Source: an uncultured Acidobacteriota bacterium
GTDB taxonomy: Bacteria; Acidobacteriota; Thermoanaerobaculia; Multivoradales; JAHEKO01
Assembly (NCBI GenBank): GCA_963713825.1
Contig: CAVQNG010000003.1
Coordinates: 448,001-512,000 of the forward strand
Direction: 5' to 3'
Length of the DNA stretch: 64,000 nucleotides
Made by a program: the position numbers and the translations under genes. The notes beneath the pieces are model-generated. The model worked only from the letters and a program-made list of their open reading frames with translations. It had not been told where the DNA came from and did no database searches. This document shows positions 29,716 to 40,502 of this stretch, piece after piece; the first letter of the stretch is position 1, and every line of letters starts with the position of its first letter.

Positions 29716-31347
29716 GTGCTTCGCATCGCCTATCTGCTCCCCACAGCCTTGATCTTCCTGGCCTGTTCGGCTGAGCCCGCTGGCGAAGGCACTCCACTGC
29801 AAAGCAAGCCGTCCCGCGCCACCTCCATTGCCGAACTGCAGGCGCTCGTTTCCACCGACTGGGTGTCGGTGTACGACCCCGACCGCGCTTGGAGCGGCTA
29901 CACCCTGGATCTCTACAATCGCAGAATCCCAATCCTGTTCGATATGAACGGTCGCATTGCCCATGCCTGGCCAGAAACCCGAGTCAAAGCGAGAGCGCGG
30001 CTACTTCCAAACGGATCTCTACTCGCTATCGGTCTCGACCGAACGATCGAAGAGTATGACTGGGATGGGAAGCTCGTCTGGCAGGCCAAGGTGGAAGGGA
30101 AAGTTCCGCATCACGATGTCGGCCGCCTCGGTAACGGCAATACGGTCGTCATCATCGCGACCAAGGGCGTCCCTACCGACGACATCGTCGAGTTCGACCG
30201 GCAGGGCAAGGTCGTTTGGGAATGGAAGGCCGCCGAGCATCTCTCCTTCTACTGGACCGATCGGGAGATCGATCGCTCGGACATCACCCACATCAACTCG
30301 GTAAAGGAGCTCCCGAACAATCGCTGGTGGGACGCCGGTGACGAACGTTTCCGGCCTGGAAACTTGCTGATCAGCGCAAGAAATCTCGATGCCGTCTTCA
30401 TCATCGACAAGGCGTCGAAAGAGATCGTCTGGTCCTACGACATTCGTCTCGACCGCCAGCACGAAGCTGTGATGACCGAATCGGGGCTTCCCGGCGAGGG
30501 TAACATCCTGATCTTCAACAACGGTCTCCAAGACAAGTATCGAATGCGCAGTAGCACGGTCATCGAGATCGACCCTACGACCCTTGCGACCCTCTGGGAG
30601 TATCGGTCAGACACATTCTTCTCGCAGACCGGTGGTGTCGAACAAGCTCTCCCGAACGGCAACGTGATGATCACCTCTAGCCTCGGAGGGCGGATCTTCG
30701 AGGTGACCCGGGATGGAGACATGGTGTGGGAATGGACACCTGCCTACAAACCGATGAGGCCGAACCGCTACAGTTACGATTTCTGTCCGCAGCTCGAGTC
30801 GATGGGCCGACCCGAGGAGCTGTGGGTCGAGGACGATCCAGACTATCGACATGTCGATCGGCCTCTTTATCTGTTCGCAAGAAAGCCGGCCCTTCATACA
30901 ATCCCGATCCAAGGCGAGGACCGCAAGGTCTTGAAAGACTCCTCGGCCTGCAGAGATGTCCTTATTCCTGCCGAGGCCTCTCTTCGGCTGACGTTCTTCC
31001 TCGATACGGACGAAATCGAGCACGCCGGACTGGGCGAAACCTCCGGGCGCTTCAGGGCGAGTCTGCGCCCGTCGGGGAGTTCCGAGGAAATCGAGATTCT
31101 GAATGAAGTTGTTTCGCAACCGACCAGCAAGCCTAGACATCGTACCGTCAACCTGGAGGACTGGGCCTACAAGAGAGCGACACTGTGTATCGAGGCCGAT
31201 CGATACGGTCGGTGGCAAAACCCAGACATCCGGACAGCCCGCGCGCGAGTCGACACCGCTAGCTCGAACAAGCTGAGGATAGAGATGACCGAGGAAGAGC
31301 TCCGCGTTCGCCTCGAACACCTCGAAGCCCTCGGTTATGTCGAGTGA
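29716..31347 (+). CDS. Arylsulfotransferase (ASST)-like lipoprotein
   Basis: FLAC lipobox, HHDV, THINSV, LISAR, QHEA, FNNG, LPNGN; start moved because the longer ORF runs into arm A. Confidence 0.75.
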   Translation: MLRIAYLLPTALIFLACSAEPAGEGTPLQSKPSRATSIAELQALVSTDWVSVYDPDRAWSGYTLDLYNRRIPILFDMNGRIAHAWPETRVKARARLLPNGSLLAIGLDRTIEEYDWDGKLVWQAKVEGKVPHHDVGRLGNGNTVVIIATKGVPTDDIVEFDRQGKVVWEWKAAEHLSFYWTDREIDRSDITHINSVKELPNNRWWDAGDERFRPGNLLISARNLDAVFIIDKASKEIVWSYDIRLDRQHEAVMTESGLPGEGNILIFNNGLQDKYRMRSSTVIEIDPTTLATLWEYRSDTFFSQTGGVEQALPNGNVMITSSLGGRIFEVTRDGDMVWEWTPAYKPMRPNRYSYDFCPQLESMGRPEELWVEDDPDYRHVDRPLYLFARKPALHTIPIQGEDRKVLKDSSACRDVLIPAEASLRLTFFLDTDEIEHAGLGETSGRFRASLRPSGSSEEIEILNEVVSQPTSKPRHRTVNLEDWAYKRATLCIEADRYGRWQNPDIRTARARVDTASSNKLRIEMTEEELRVRLEHLEALGYVE

Positions 31348-31501
31348 CCTGGAACTCCCCCCGCATCGCAACCTCGATGTCGTTGATGGACTCCAGAGCG
31401 CGCCGTAGCGTGCCTCGAGCGACCTGCCCTTCACTCAAGAGAAAAAACCTATGAGTCCGACTGGAGATCAAGACCGAAACCCTGTGGAACTCTCTGCCAT
31501 T

Positions 31502-31640
31502 GGCAGGCCCTCCCCTGCGTCCTCCAGTTCACAACACCTGACAACGAAGCGACGGGGCTTCACTGCCAGGCGTGATTGTTGTGGTCGATGCTCAAGAGTG
31601 GTGGTTAGTTGCGGTCAAATGGACCGATAGTGAACCAAGA
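31502..31640. repeat. Junction J9: REP end plus arm A
   Basis: ggcaggccctcccctgc; acaacacctgacaacgaagcgacggggctt...gattgttgtggtcgatgctcaagagtggtggttagttg. Confidence 0.85.
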
Positions 31641-31812
31641 CGAGTACCACCTTGGCCTCAACGCTCAACTCAAGACGACATCCTACGGCTCTTCTCGAGG
31701 GCGAACCACACCCCAATACTGGCTGCACTGCTGGCTGCCGAAACCAGACCACTGTCGAGATTGACTGACCTGTCAACTGCGATAACCTGCAGAAACCGAC
31801 ACCGGACGATCC

Positions 31813-33690
31813 ATGAGCAGTACTCTTCTCCTCCTCGGCAAGGGCATCCTCGTCGTGCTCCTGTTCGTTGCGGCAGGAAACCCAGTCGTCTGCCTGACCC
31901 GTTGCCTTCGATCTCGCCCCTGGTACTCACGATGGGCCTACGCCTATCTCCTGGGAATCGTCATCGTGTGCAGTTCGGTATTTGCAGCTTCTCAATGGCT
32001 CTCTATTCCAATTCAGCGGACTCCGATCAACTCGCTTCTCGCGATCCTGGCATTCTGTGGAATCGGCGCAGAAATAGTCAGGCACAGGTTCAGTGATGAC
32101 GGCCAAGTGCCACGACCAAGCCGAGCCCTGCCATGGTGGATTGGGTTCTTTCTTGTTCTGCTAATTCTGATACCAGCTTTGTCACTTCTACTCGACGCGG
32201 CAGTCGACCCGATTCGTGATATTGATGGAAGGCACATCTGGGTCCCCAAGGCCCGATATATCCGTGAGGCGGGCACTGTCCTTCCCGAAGTTCTCCGGGA
32301 AAAACGATGGGTGGTCGAACACCCCCGCTACCCTCCTCTCATGCCACTCGCCCAAGTCGTCACTCTCGAAGTGACCCGGGGAGCAGACGAGAGAGTCATT
32401 CGAATTCTGTACGCAGCCTTTTGGCTGGTATGGGTCCTCATCATTCTGGACCAGGCTCGTATTCTCGGAGGCCGTCGAATCGCCGCCTTGATCCTGGCTC
32501 TGGCGGCTTGCGTCCCATTCGTAGCCTTCGCTTTCAATGGAGGTGCCGCTGGGGCCTACAGCGACCTTCCTCTGGCCTGCTTCTGGGGCGCCGGCATATG
32601 GCTTCTTCTTGCCTCCAAGGATCGGCAAGGATCCACCCTGGCTGCGGGTCTTCTCCTGACCGGGACTGTCCTTACCAAGAATGAAGGACTGGGGTTGGCA
32701 GTATTGGCCCTCGTGGTTGGTCTAATTGCGTGTCTTGGCAAGAAAGAAGCTTTTCTGCAATGGATCAAGACCTTGATTCCAGTATTGTTGGCGTTGGCTC
32801 TCCTCGGTTCTTGGAAGAACGGGATCCCCAATAGAAGGGATGAGTCCTATTTCTCCAAACTCTCCCTCGAGTCGATGTCCGAGGGGCTGACGCGCCTCGT
32901 AGCAGAAGGCATTCCAGCCGCTCTTGGCACGATGATGGACGTACGCTGGTGGTCTCTTCTCTGGATCGTTTTGGCGCTCCTTCTCCTATTCGGAGCAAAG
33001 GGGCTCAAGGATAGAAGGGCCATGATCGTGGCCCTGCTGGTCGTGGGCGGATTGGCACAGTTCCTCGTTGCGTACCTGGTTACCGGTTGGAACGTGAGCC
33101 ACCTTGTCCGAGTGACCTGGAACAGAGCCCTGCTCCAAGTCTCTGTACCGTTGCTGGCGCTGGCCGCGATGGCCGCGAAATCAGTGCCGTGGAGAGACAG
33201 TCTCTCCTATCGCTTCTTCGGCGGAGAGAGAGCATCTCGGGGGCCGGCATCCGCTTGGATCGATCTCCTCAAACTGTCTATTCTGATTCACGTTGCACTT
33301 GGCTGCGTGATGATGATGGGATCGAGCACCGATCGTCTGAAGCACGCAATCGAGAACAGTGGACAAGGCTACTCCGAGGCCCGGAGGCGCCTGCTGGGTG
33401 AGTACTCTCATGGTCTGGAGACGATCCAACTCACGATTCCAGAGTCGGGTTCCTATTTCATAGCCAACTCCACAAAGAGTACTTCATGGATAGTGATCGC
33501 TGGAGACCTTGCTCCACGTAAGGCTCATTTCGTGAAGGATCCATCCAAATTTCAGCAGCGCTGGCAAAAGGGTGAATGGGTGAGAGACTTGAAATGGACC
33601 GTCGTCTTCCGAGGATTGGACAAGGAACCGCTTGTTCTACCGACGCCCAAATACCTTTCCAGTCCAGAGGCTCTGAACCCAGAAGATTGA
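31813..33690 (+). CDS. Polytopic membrane protein, GT-C glycosyltransferase-like
   Basis: DGRHIWVPKA, HPRYPPL, YSDLPL, TKNEG; many TM helices. Confidence 0.65.
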   Translation: MSSTLLLLGKGILVVLLFVAAGNPVVCLTRCLRSRPWYSRWAYAYLLGIVIVCSSVFAASQWLSIPIQRTPINSLLAILAFCGIGAEIVRHRFSDDGQVPRPSRALPWWIGFFLVLLILIPALSLLLDAAVDPIRDIDGRHIWVPKARYIREAGTVLPEVLREKRWVVEHPRYPPLMPLAQVVTLEVTRGADERVIRILYAAFWLVWVLIILDQARILGGRRIAALILALAACVPFVAFAFNGGAAGAYSDLPLACFWGAGIWLLLASKDRQGSTLAAGLLLTGTVLTKNEGLGLAVLALVVGLIACLGKKEAFLQWIKTLIPVLLALALLGSWKNGIPNRRDESYFSKLSLESMSEGLTRLVAEGIPAALGTMMDVRWWSLLWIVLALLLLFGAKGLKDRRAMIVALLVVGGLAQFLVAYLVTGWNVSHLVRVTWNRALLQVSVPLLALAAMAAKSVPWRDSLSYRFFGGERASRGPASAWIDLLKLSILIHVALGCVMMMGSSTDRLKHAIENSGQGYSEARRRLLGEYSHGLETIQLTIPESGSYFIANSTKSTSWIVIAGDLAPRKAHFVKDPSKFQQRWQKGEWVRDLKWTVVFRGLDKEPLVLPTPKYLSSPEALNPED

Positions 33691-33800
33691 AGACGAAATC
33701 CGTAGTCCGGAGGCCGGGATCTCGGCGGGCCTACTTGAACTTCTCGATCAGAGCCGTGTAACAGGATGCTTCGTGAAGAGGATTGAAGCTGGGGTCAGCA

Positions 33801-33840
33801 CTTCTAAAGTCCCACGGAAACGGACCCAGAGTGGACCACG
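33801..33840. repeat. Junction J10: arm B remnant
   Basis: cttctaaagtcccacggaaacggacccagagtggaccacg resembles 43317-43357. Confidence 0.6.
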
Positions 33841-33889
33841 AATCGAGGTCGAGGAGACAAAAAGGCCCGGCCCCCTTTTCGACCTGCAA

Positions 33890-36061
33890 CTACCGCGGGC
33901 CTCTCATTTCTTCAACCAGGTGCTGCGCGCCCTCTACGGTCTCCATCACCCAGAGGACATATCGCATATCCACGTGGATCGAGCGCGAGACCTCCGGGAT
34001 GAAGTCCCAGTCCGCAATAATGCTCTCCCAGACCCCGTCGAAGAGCAGTCCCACCAGCTCGGACTTACCGTTGAGCGTCGCCGAGCCCGAGTTGCCGCCG
34101 GTGGAGTCCAGAGTGCTGAGAAAGTTCACCGGGACCGAGCCGAGGGGCTCGTAGTGGAAAGACTCGCCGGCGCCTTCACGAATGGCTGCAAGCTCCGCCT
34201 CGGGCGCGTCGAAAGGCTCCTCCCCAGTGTTCTTCTCGACGATCCCCTCCAGGGTTGTAAATGGGAGGTAGGTAACACCGTCCCGAGGCGAGTAGCCCTC
34301 AACGGAGCCATACGTCACCCGCAAGGTCCCGTTGGCATCCGGGTAGACCTCTCTGCCGCGGGCCCCAAGGTAGGCGATGAGCGCCTCCATGTAGCGGGAG
34401 CGAACTTCGTCAAACAGGCCGTCGAGCTCCTTGCCCTCGGCCTCGAGCTCCAGGTCACTCTCGAACATGGCAACTGCGAGTTGGAGGAACGGGTCGTCAC
34501 TGGCTTCGATCTCGGCCGGAGTGGCGTCCAGCCAGGCAAGGCGAGGCTCCTGCTCGTCCAGGCGGGTGGCCTCGTACATTTCCTCCAGCCGCTGGTCCAG
34601 ACGCGCTTCGTCGAGACCTTCCACCCCGATTCCGAACCAATCATCGAAGACGCTCACATGCTGATCGGCGGGGATCGAGGCGTAGTTGACGATGAAGTGC
34701 CGCCAGATGGCCTGATCCACCCCGGGGTCGAACGTGCGATCGATGCGGGTAAGTCGCTCGCGGACCCTGGGCACGTCGCGCTCCTGGTAACCCTGCTCTC
34801 GTTCGAGATCGGGCTTCTGCCTTTCATTGGCCAGCCGGTAGAGGGTGCGGGCGGTGCTCAGGAGATCTCCCCGGCGAACCAAGTACTCGTAGTACATCTG
34901 CCGTTCGCGGGTGCTCTGTTGGCGCACCGCCAACTCCTGGAGCTCCTGGAGAGTCGGCAGAAAGGCGTCCTTGCGGCCGGGGTCGCTTTCGATCCACTGT
35001 TGCAGGTTCCGTTCGAACTCCACCTTGCGGCTCACCATGTCGCTCCTGGCAAAGCCGTCGAGCATGCCCGTGTAGTTCTTGACCGCGTTCTCCAGGCCCC
35101 GGACCAGCGAGGCGTATGCGATGGTCAGCTTCTCGCTCTCGGCCGTCTCCCTGACAATGACGTCGAGCCACTCTTGGTACAGGCCGATGCGGGTCGGGTA
35201 GTACCAGCCAAAGGTGTCCTCGACCTCGGTGGCCAAGCGATAGCGATTGGTTCTTCCCGGGTAGCCCAATGCCATGACGAAATCGCCTTCACCAAGGTGC
35301 TCAGTAGCAACTTTCAGGTAGTGCTCCGGCCGGTAGGGGACGTTTTCCTTCGCGTAGTCGGTCGGCTTGCCATCGGGCCCCACATAGCCCCGATAGAAAG
35401 CGTAGTCGCCGGTGTGCCGGGGCCACATCCAGTTGTCGATCTCCCCGCCAAAGACCCCGATGGAGCCAGCCGGGGCGTGGACCAGCCGGACGTCCCGGAT
35501 CTCGAGCTGCTTGATCAGCTCGTACTCGTGGCTACCGTGATACGCGGCCACCTTGCAGCGATGCCCGGTATCCTCCTCGCAGCCAGCGACCAACTCCTTC
35601 TCCTTGGCAGCGATGGCCTCCCAGCGCTGCCGGCCCGTGGCCCCTTCGGGGAGGCTTCCCCGGATGGTCTCGGTCACATCATCCACCGCCACTGTCACCA
35701 GGATCCGGGAACCAGGAGCTGCCGGGAGCTCGTCGCCCCTCTCGGCAGCGAGAAAGCCCGACTGGAGCAGGTTCCGATCCTCGCTGGAGTTGTACTGGAT
35801 GGCTCCGTAGGCACAGTGATGGTTGGTCACTGCCAGCCCCTGAGAGGAGACAAACGAGGCGGTGCAGCCGCCAAGGCTTATGACTGCACCCATCGGGTGG
35901 CCAGTCAGATCGGCCAGCTTGCGGAACTCGGTCTCGAGGCCTAGCTCCTCGAGCCGGTCCTCGAGGTCAGGGAGCTGCCCCGGCTTCCACATGCCCTCGT
36001 CGGCCACCAGGGCCGGGCCGATGACACAGATCAGAATCAGGGCAGGTACGATCCGCTTCAT
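33890..36061 (-). CDS. Peptidase S46 (dipeptidyl peptidase 7/11 family)
   Basis: ADEGMW, GCTASFVS, TNHHC, NWMWPRH, PDANGTLR, GGNSGS. Confidence 0.93.
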   Translation of the reverse strand: MKRIVPALILICVIGPALVADEGMWKPGQLPDLEDRLEELGLETEFRKLADLTGHPMGAVISLGGCTASFVSSQGLAVTNHHCAYGAIQYNSSEDRNLLQSGFLAAERGDELPAAPGSRILVTVAVDDVTETIRGSLPEGATGRQRWEAIAAKEKELVAGCEEDTGHRCKVAAYHGSHEYELIKQLEIRDVRLVHAPAGSIGVFGGEIDNWMWPRHTGDYAFYRGYVGPDGKPTDYAKENVPYRPEHYLKVATEHLGEGDFVMALGYPGRTNRYRLATEVEDTFGWYYPTRIGLYQEWLDVIVRETAESEKLTIAYASLVRGLENAVKNYTGMLDGFARSDMVSRKVEFERNLQQWIESDPGRKDAFLPTLQELQELAVRQQSTRERQMYYEYLVRRGDLLSTARTLYRLANERQKPDLEREQGYQERDVPRVRERLTRIDRTFDPGVDQAIWRHFIVNYASIPADQHVSVFDDWFGIGVEGLDEARLDQRLEEMYEATRLDEQEPRLAWLDATPAEIEASDDPFLQLAVAMFESDLELEAEGKELDGLFDEVRSRYMEALIAYLGARGREVYPDANGTLRVTYGSVEGYSPRDGVTYLPFTTLEGIVEKNTGEEPFDAPEAELAAIREGAGESFHYEPLGSVPVNFLSTLDSTGGNSGSATLNGKSELVGLLFDGVWESIIADWDFIPEVSRSIHVDMRYVLWVMETVEGAQHLVEEMRGPR

Positions 36062-36216
36062 CTCGTGCCTCCTCGCTAGTTCTCTTCACAGGGCCCCGCG
36101 GGCAACCGTGTCGCCGGTCATTTGCAGCTACCTTCGTCCGGGTGCGAGGGTACAAGATGTCACTCACCTCCAACGCCACCCAAAGAGGTGGGGAGAGGCG
36201 GTCGAGCAGGTCCAGC

Positions 36217-36248
36217 GGTCCACCGAAATGGACCACCCGTAGACCACG
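36217..36248. repeat. Junction J11: arm B remnant
   Basis: ggtccaccgaaatggaccacccgtagaccacg. Confidence 0.7.
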
Positions 36249-36311
36249 CGGCTGGATGAGGGACGTGTGTCAAGCCAAACGTTGGGGTGGTTCGGATCGC
36301 GCCTTCATCCT

Positions 36312-36923
36312 TCAGAGCGCTTTCGTCATTCGAACGAACCTCAATCCCGGTATGGCCAAGCGTTTTGGCCACTGGGACTCGACAGTCATCCCGCGGTGCT
36401 CGTAGAGTCTGCGAGCACTCTCGTTCTTGGCAGAGACGTCGAGCGCGAGTCGGGCTGATCCACTGGCAACAGCCCGGTCCTCAATCAAGTCCATCAGGGC
36501 AGAACCGACGCCGTCGCCGCGAACTTCCCTGTCGACGGCGATGGCCTGGAGGTAGAAATCGTCATCGCCGATGGTGTCGATGATTCGTAGCAGTGGAGCA
36601 AACAGTATCGACACAACCATCATCCGCAGATTCCACCTGCCTGCAGCCCTCTTCAGAGTCCGGCCCGAAGAACCACGATGCTGCTCGGCGGTGTAGCCCG
36701 AGACCATTCCTACGATGACCTTGTTACATTCGGCGAAGGTTACGTTTTGGAAAGAGAGGTCGTGGTCGGGCTGGATGAAGGCCGTGGCGACTATGTCCAC
36801 AGCGCGGCGGCCGAGCATGAAACGGAAGAAGCCCTCAGCTGCTGTATCGAGGTAGCGGGCAAACACCCGTCCTTCGTCGAAGGTGGGGTTCGCGGCTCGA
36901 AAAACTGTCGAGTGCTGATGCAT
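36312..36923 (-). CDS. GNAT N-acetyltransferase
   Basis: AVDREVRGDGVGSAL and N..ARRLYE motifs. Confidence 0.85.
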   Translation of the reverse strand: MHQHSTVFRAANPTFDEGRVFARYLDTAAEGFFRFMLGRRAVDIVATAFIQPDHDLSFQNVTFAECNKVIVGMVSGYTAEQHRGSSGRTLKRAAGRWNLRMMVVSILFAPLLRIIDTIGDDDFYLQAIAVDREVRGDGVGSALMDLIEDRAVASGSARLALDVSAKNESARRLYEHRGMTVESQWPKRLAIPGLRFVRMTKAL

Positions 36924-37057
36924 GATTGCTATCTTTGGCCCAACTACAACTAGTTCTCGCTGTCAGCCCACCGAACCGTGTGACTGGAGTGGAATCTAGC
37001 CGGCCGCAGGACTCACATTCTAAGGGCGACAAGCCTTGGGGCTCACGTCACAGGGGC

Positions 37058-38356
37058 CTACCCTTCTTCTTGCCCGTACCCCTTCAACAGAGCCTGAAAG
37101 CGAGGGTGGTCACGGAGGGGGTCCAGGTTGCTGTCCTGCCGGAGCCACTCGATGTAAGCGAGTCCGCTGCTGACGGATTTCTCGATGCACTCCAGGGCCC
37201 GATCGAGGTCTCCGGCCAGTGAGTAGACGCAGCCGACGTTGTAGAGGAGCATCGGCTCATTGGGCTCCAGCTCCAGCGCTCGCTCGACCCAACGGAGTCC
37301 CCGCTCCGACTGACCCAAGCAGACGAGTGCGGTGGCGCCCAGGTAGAGCGCCCGGGTCTCTTCGGGGTTGTGTTGCAGGCGGCGCTCGGCGGCCTGTACT
37401 CCCCGACGCCGGATCGCAGCGGCCTCCTCCGGGCGCTCCAGGTCGTCGTAGATCTGCGCCAGGAGCAAGGGCGCCTGGTAGTCGTCGGGATCGATTCTGG
37501 AGGCATGCCCGAACAGCCTCGCCGCGCTCGCCAGATCACCCTGGGCGAAACTGCTGCGAGCGTAGAAGTAGTACGCCTCGAACAGCTTCGGATTCAAGCG
37601 GATCGCCGTCTCGAAGGCTTCCTCGGACGCTTCGTACTGGTGCTGCATCGACAGCACCAGACCGCGCGCCGCATGCGCCTCGGCCAGATCGGGGGCGAGC
37701 TCGAGCGAACGCCGGCTCGCCAGGTCGGCCTGCTCGAGGTCGGCCTCGTCACCGTCGGCGTACATGAAGAGAAAGGTGCAGCATTCGGCGACGCCAGCGT
37801 AGGCGCGCGCGTAATCATGGTCCAGCATCAGAGCCATGTTGAACAGTTGCAGGGCTGCTTCGACGCCGCGGCGCCGGTACTCGAAGAACCGCTCGCGCCC
37901 TTTGAGGTAGTACTCATAGGCTTGAATGTCGGTGGTCGGTGGTCGCTTGAGAGCCTCCGACTGTCGCTCGTCGAGGCGCAGCTCGAGCGTGTGGGTAATG
38001 CGCTCGGCGATCTCGTGCTGGATGGCGAAGACATCCTCCAGAGGGCGATCGAAGGTCTTGGACCAGAGCTCGAATCCGTCGTCCGTACTGGTCAGTTTGG
38101 CCCTCACGCGCAGACGGCCGTCGGCCTTACCGACGCTGCCCTCGAGAACTGCGGACACCCCCAGCTGCCGCCCAGCCTCCTGAGCGTCGTCGACGGCTCG
38201 AAAGCGGAAGGAGGAGCTGCGCGGTGCGACCCGCAGGCCCTCGATGCGGGACAGGGCAGTAATCAACTCTGTGGCCAGACCGTCGCAGAAGTACCGCTGA
38301 TCCTTCTCTGCGCTCAGATCGGCGAACGGCAGTACAGCTATCGAGAGAGACGGCAT
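37058..38356 (-). CDS. TolB-like domain plus TPR protein (kinase/cyclase C-terminal type)
   Basis: SIAVLPFADLS...YFCDG, TPR repeats, terminal D..LDPLRDHPRF; no catalytic N-domain. Confidence 0.8.
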   Translation of the reverse strand: MPSLSIAVLPFADLSAEKDQRYFCDGLATELITALSRIEGLRVAPRSSSFRFRAVDDAQEAGRQLGVSAVLEGSVGKADGRLRVRAKLTSTDDGFELWSKTFDRPLEDVFAIQHEIAERITHTLELRLDERQSEALKRPPTTDIQAYEYYLKGRERFFEYRRRGVEAALQLFNMALMLDHDYARAYAGVAECCTFLFMYADGDEADLEQADLASRRSLELAPDLAEAHAARGLVLSMQHQYEASEEAFETAIRLNPKLFEAYYFYARSSFAQGDLASAARLFGHASRIDPDDYQAPLLLAQIYDDLERPEEAAAIRRRGVQAAERRLQHNPEETRALYLGATALVCLGQSERGLRWVERALELEPNEPMLLYNVGCVYSLAGDLDRALECIEKSVSSGLAYIEWLRQDSNLDPLRDHPRFQALLKGYGQEEG

Positions 38357-38657
38357 CGATTACCTCCCCTGAAGCTCGGTCTTATCCCTGGCGGCCTCAT
38401 CGGGCATGAGTGGAATCGGTACCACATCTCTGCCATCGATTCTCTCACCCTTCAATTCAGTGTTCCCCATAGCGACAATGGCCCCCGTGACCTCGTTGTC
38501 TTCGCCGAAGATGAATTCCAGCTCCCAGCCAGAGTTGATATCAATGAAATGATTATCCGAAGACCAGTCGATCCGACAAGATAAGTTAGATGTTACCCTT
38601 CTCCGATCCTCAGTGACCTGCGGATCCGTTCCTACACTCTTCTCAATGGCTGGTACC

Positions 38658-39110
38658 GCTATCTCAATCTTCGCGGACCGCTCCCGTGGCTCCAAGATAC
38701 CTTCTCTGGCCAGGGAGACATGTCGAAAGGCCTCACTGATGGTTCAAGAGCCGCCCACAAGGCCCACTGAAATGGACCACGAGTATTGAGTGAACTCTCG
38801 GTGTAGGGATGTCCCTTACGGGCGCCCGCGGGAGGGGGCAAGCTGTACGTTCTCACGACATAGGTAACACTCGTGTATCAGGACATCGGTAACACCTGAG
38901 GCAAGCTAGTGCCTTTAGTAGAGGAGGTGCTGGATGCCCTGGAAGGAGACCGAAGGGAGGCACCCGCGGACCGCGTGAACGGTCGCCGGTTTTCAAGACC
39001 TCCGATCTCCCACAACTGACAACCCTCCACAACATCTGACAACGAAGCGACGGGGCTTCGCTGGCAGAGGTGATTGTTGTGGTCGATGCTCAAGAGTGGT
39101 GGTGAGTTGG
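38658..39110. repeat. Junction J12: long arm B, REP, IS481 remnant, tRNA fragment, arm A
   Basis: B 38658-38801, REP 38802-38843, tRNA fragment 38962-39000, A 39001-39110. Confidence 0.9.
38844..38951 (+). mobile_element. IS481-family left end with first transposase codons
   Basis: TGT terminus, gacataggtaacac/gacatcggtaacac repeats, RBS GGAGG and ATG 38934 giving MPWKET, then truncated. Confidence 0.7.
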
Positions 39111-39211
39111 TGACGCCAAGCTAGTTCCCCCGGGGGAAACCCTGCGATGAAGGGTGTTAGGGTGAGAGTCGAGATTCACCCTGCCGTCAAGCGCGGAGGA
39201 CCGTTGAATCC

Positions 39212-40498
39212 ATGAGAACCGGCAGTTGGGTCCGAGTTGCATCTTGGTTGGGGGGTATCTCTCTCATCACATTGGCAGTCCTGCTCGGTGTCGCGGGCGC
39301 GGTCCTCGGGTTTCTCGGCGCCTCGGCTCTCACTTCCCGTATCCCCCTACTTGCCGCGGTCGGTCTTGGGCTCTGCCTGGGCATCGCTACGGGTCTCGGC
39401 TGGCTGGCCGGGACACTGCTCGCCCGGGTCCGACGACGACGCATTGCGATCGGTGTCGGTTGTGGAACAGCGCTAATTGTTGTCGTCGTATCCTCACTCA
39501 CCGTCTTCGAGCCGCTGGTGCCCGCAGCAGAGATCATCCCTCTCGCCGTGCCTCCGGATGTTGCGTTCTGGGACCTCCCGACTGGCTCCCGAATCGCGTA
39601 CCGCGAGGTCGCCGCCATTGCGAGCGCCAAGAAGGCACCAGTGATCTATCTTCATGGAGGGCCTGGCGCTGGAGTCGTCTCGGTGGAGAAGCTCGTGCAA
39701 GCCTTCTCGTTCCCAGCTTGGCTCGGGCACGATGTTCTCCTCTATGACCAAATAGGCGGCGGACTCTCCGGAAGATTGAGTGATGTCTCCGAGTACACCC
39801 TCGAGCGCCATATCTCCGATCTCGAGGCGATCCGACTGCGGATTGGGGCCGAGACGGTCATCCTGATTGGAGAGTCCTGGGGCGCCGAGCTGGCGACTCA
39901 TTACCTTGCCACCTATCCCGACAGGCTCGATCGCCTCATACTCGTCTCTCCAGGTCCCCTCTATCCCAAGGAATGGGGAGACCGAGATCCATGCGACCTC
40001 AAGGGTACCGCCTCGACCGAGATCCAGGAGCGTTTCGAGCGATTCTTCGGACCCCGCTTTTGGGCGGCGGCGCTACTGCTCGAGGTCAACCCAGTTGCAG
40101 CTCATGCGTTCCTCCCCGATACCGAGGGCGACGCCATAATGCGTCGAATGATCTCTCTGTTGTTACCGGGAGGAGTGTGCGACCCCTCAGAGCTTCCTCG
40201 CGGTGAGGACTTCGCTTTCGGGATGTGGGGAAATATCATGACCGATGAGAACTACTCCGAGCGAGAGAACCGAATCGAGGACTCCCTGTCTCGGCTCAAG
40301 ACACCGGTCTTGATCCTCAGAGGAGAGTGCGACTACTGCATCCCCGAGGTAGCGAGCCAATACGAGTCGATGTTCTCGGAATCCACACTGGTCCATGTGG
40401 AGGACGCGGGGCACTTTCTTTGGCTCGAAAAACCGGATGTTCTGGCCGAGGTTGTAGGCTCGTTTCTCTCCGGAGAGCCCGGGCCACATCCTCATTGA
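39212..40498 (+). CDS. Membrane-anchored alpha/beta hydrolase (proline iminopeptidase-like)
   Basis: Three N-terminal TM segments, LHGGPG, YDQIG, GESWG, AGH. Confidence 0.85.
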   Translation: MRTGSWVRVASWLGGISLITLAVLLGVAGAVLGFLGASALTSRIPLLAAVGLGLCLGIATGLGWLAGTLLARVRRRRIAIGVGCGTALIVVVVSSLTVFEPLVPAAEIIPLAVPPDVAFWDLPTGSRIAYREVAAIASAKKAPVIYLHGGPGAGVVSVEKLVQAFSFPAWLGHDVLLYDQIGGGLSGRLSDVSEYTLERHISDLEAIRLRIGAETVILIGESWGAELATHYLATYPDRLDRLILVSPGPLYPKEWGDRDPCDLKGTASTEIQERFERFFGPRFWAAALLLEVNPVAAHAFLPDTEGDAIMRRMISLLLPGGVCDPSELPRGEDFAFGMWGNIMTDENYSERENRIEDSLSRLKTPVLILRGECDYCIPEVASQYESMFSESTLVHVEDAGHFLWLEKPDVLAEVVGSFLSGEPGPHPH

Positions 40499-40502
40499 AG
40501 CC

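Noticed and set aside
33773-35944. 723-aa ORF antisense to the S46 peptidase, and similar long antisense ORFs
   Set aside because: These are shadow ORFs typical of high-GC codon usage. The opposite strand carries the recognisable motifs.
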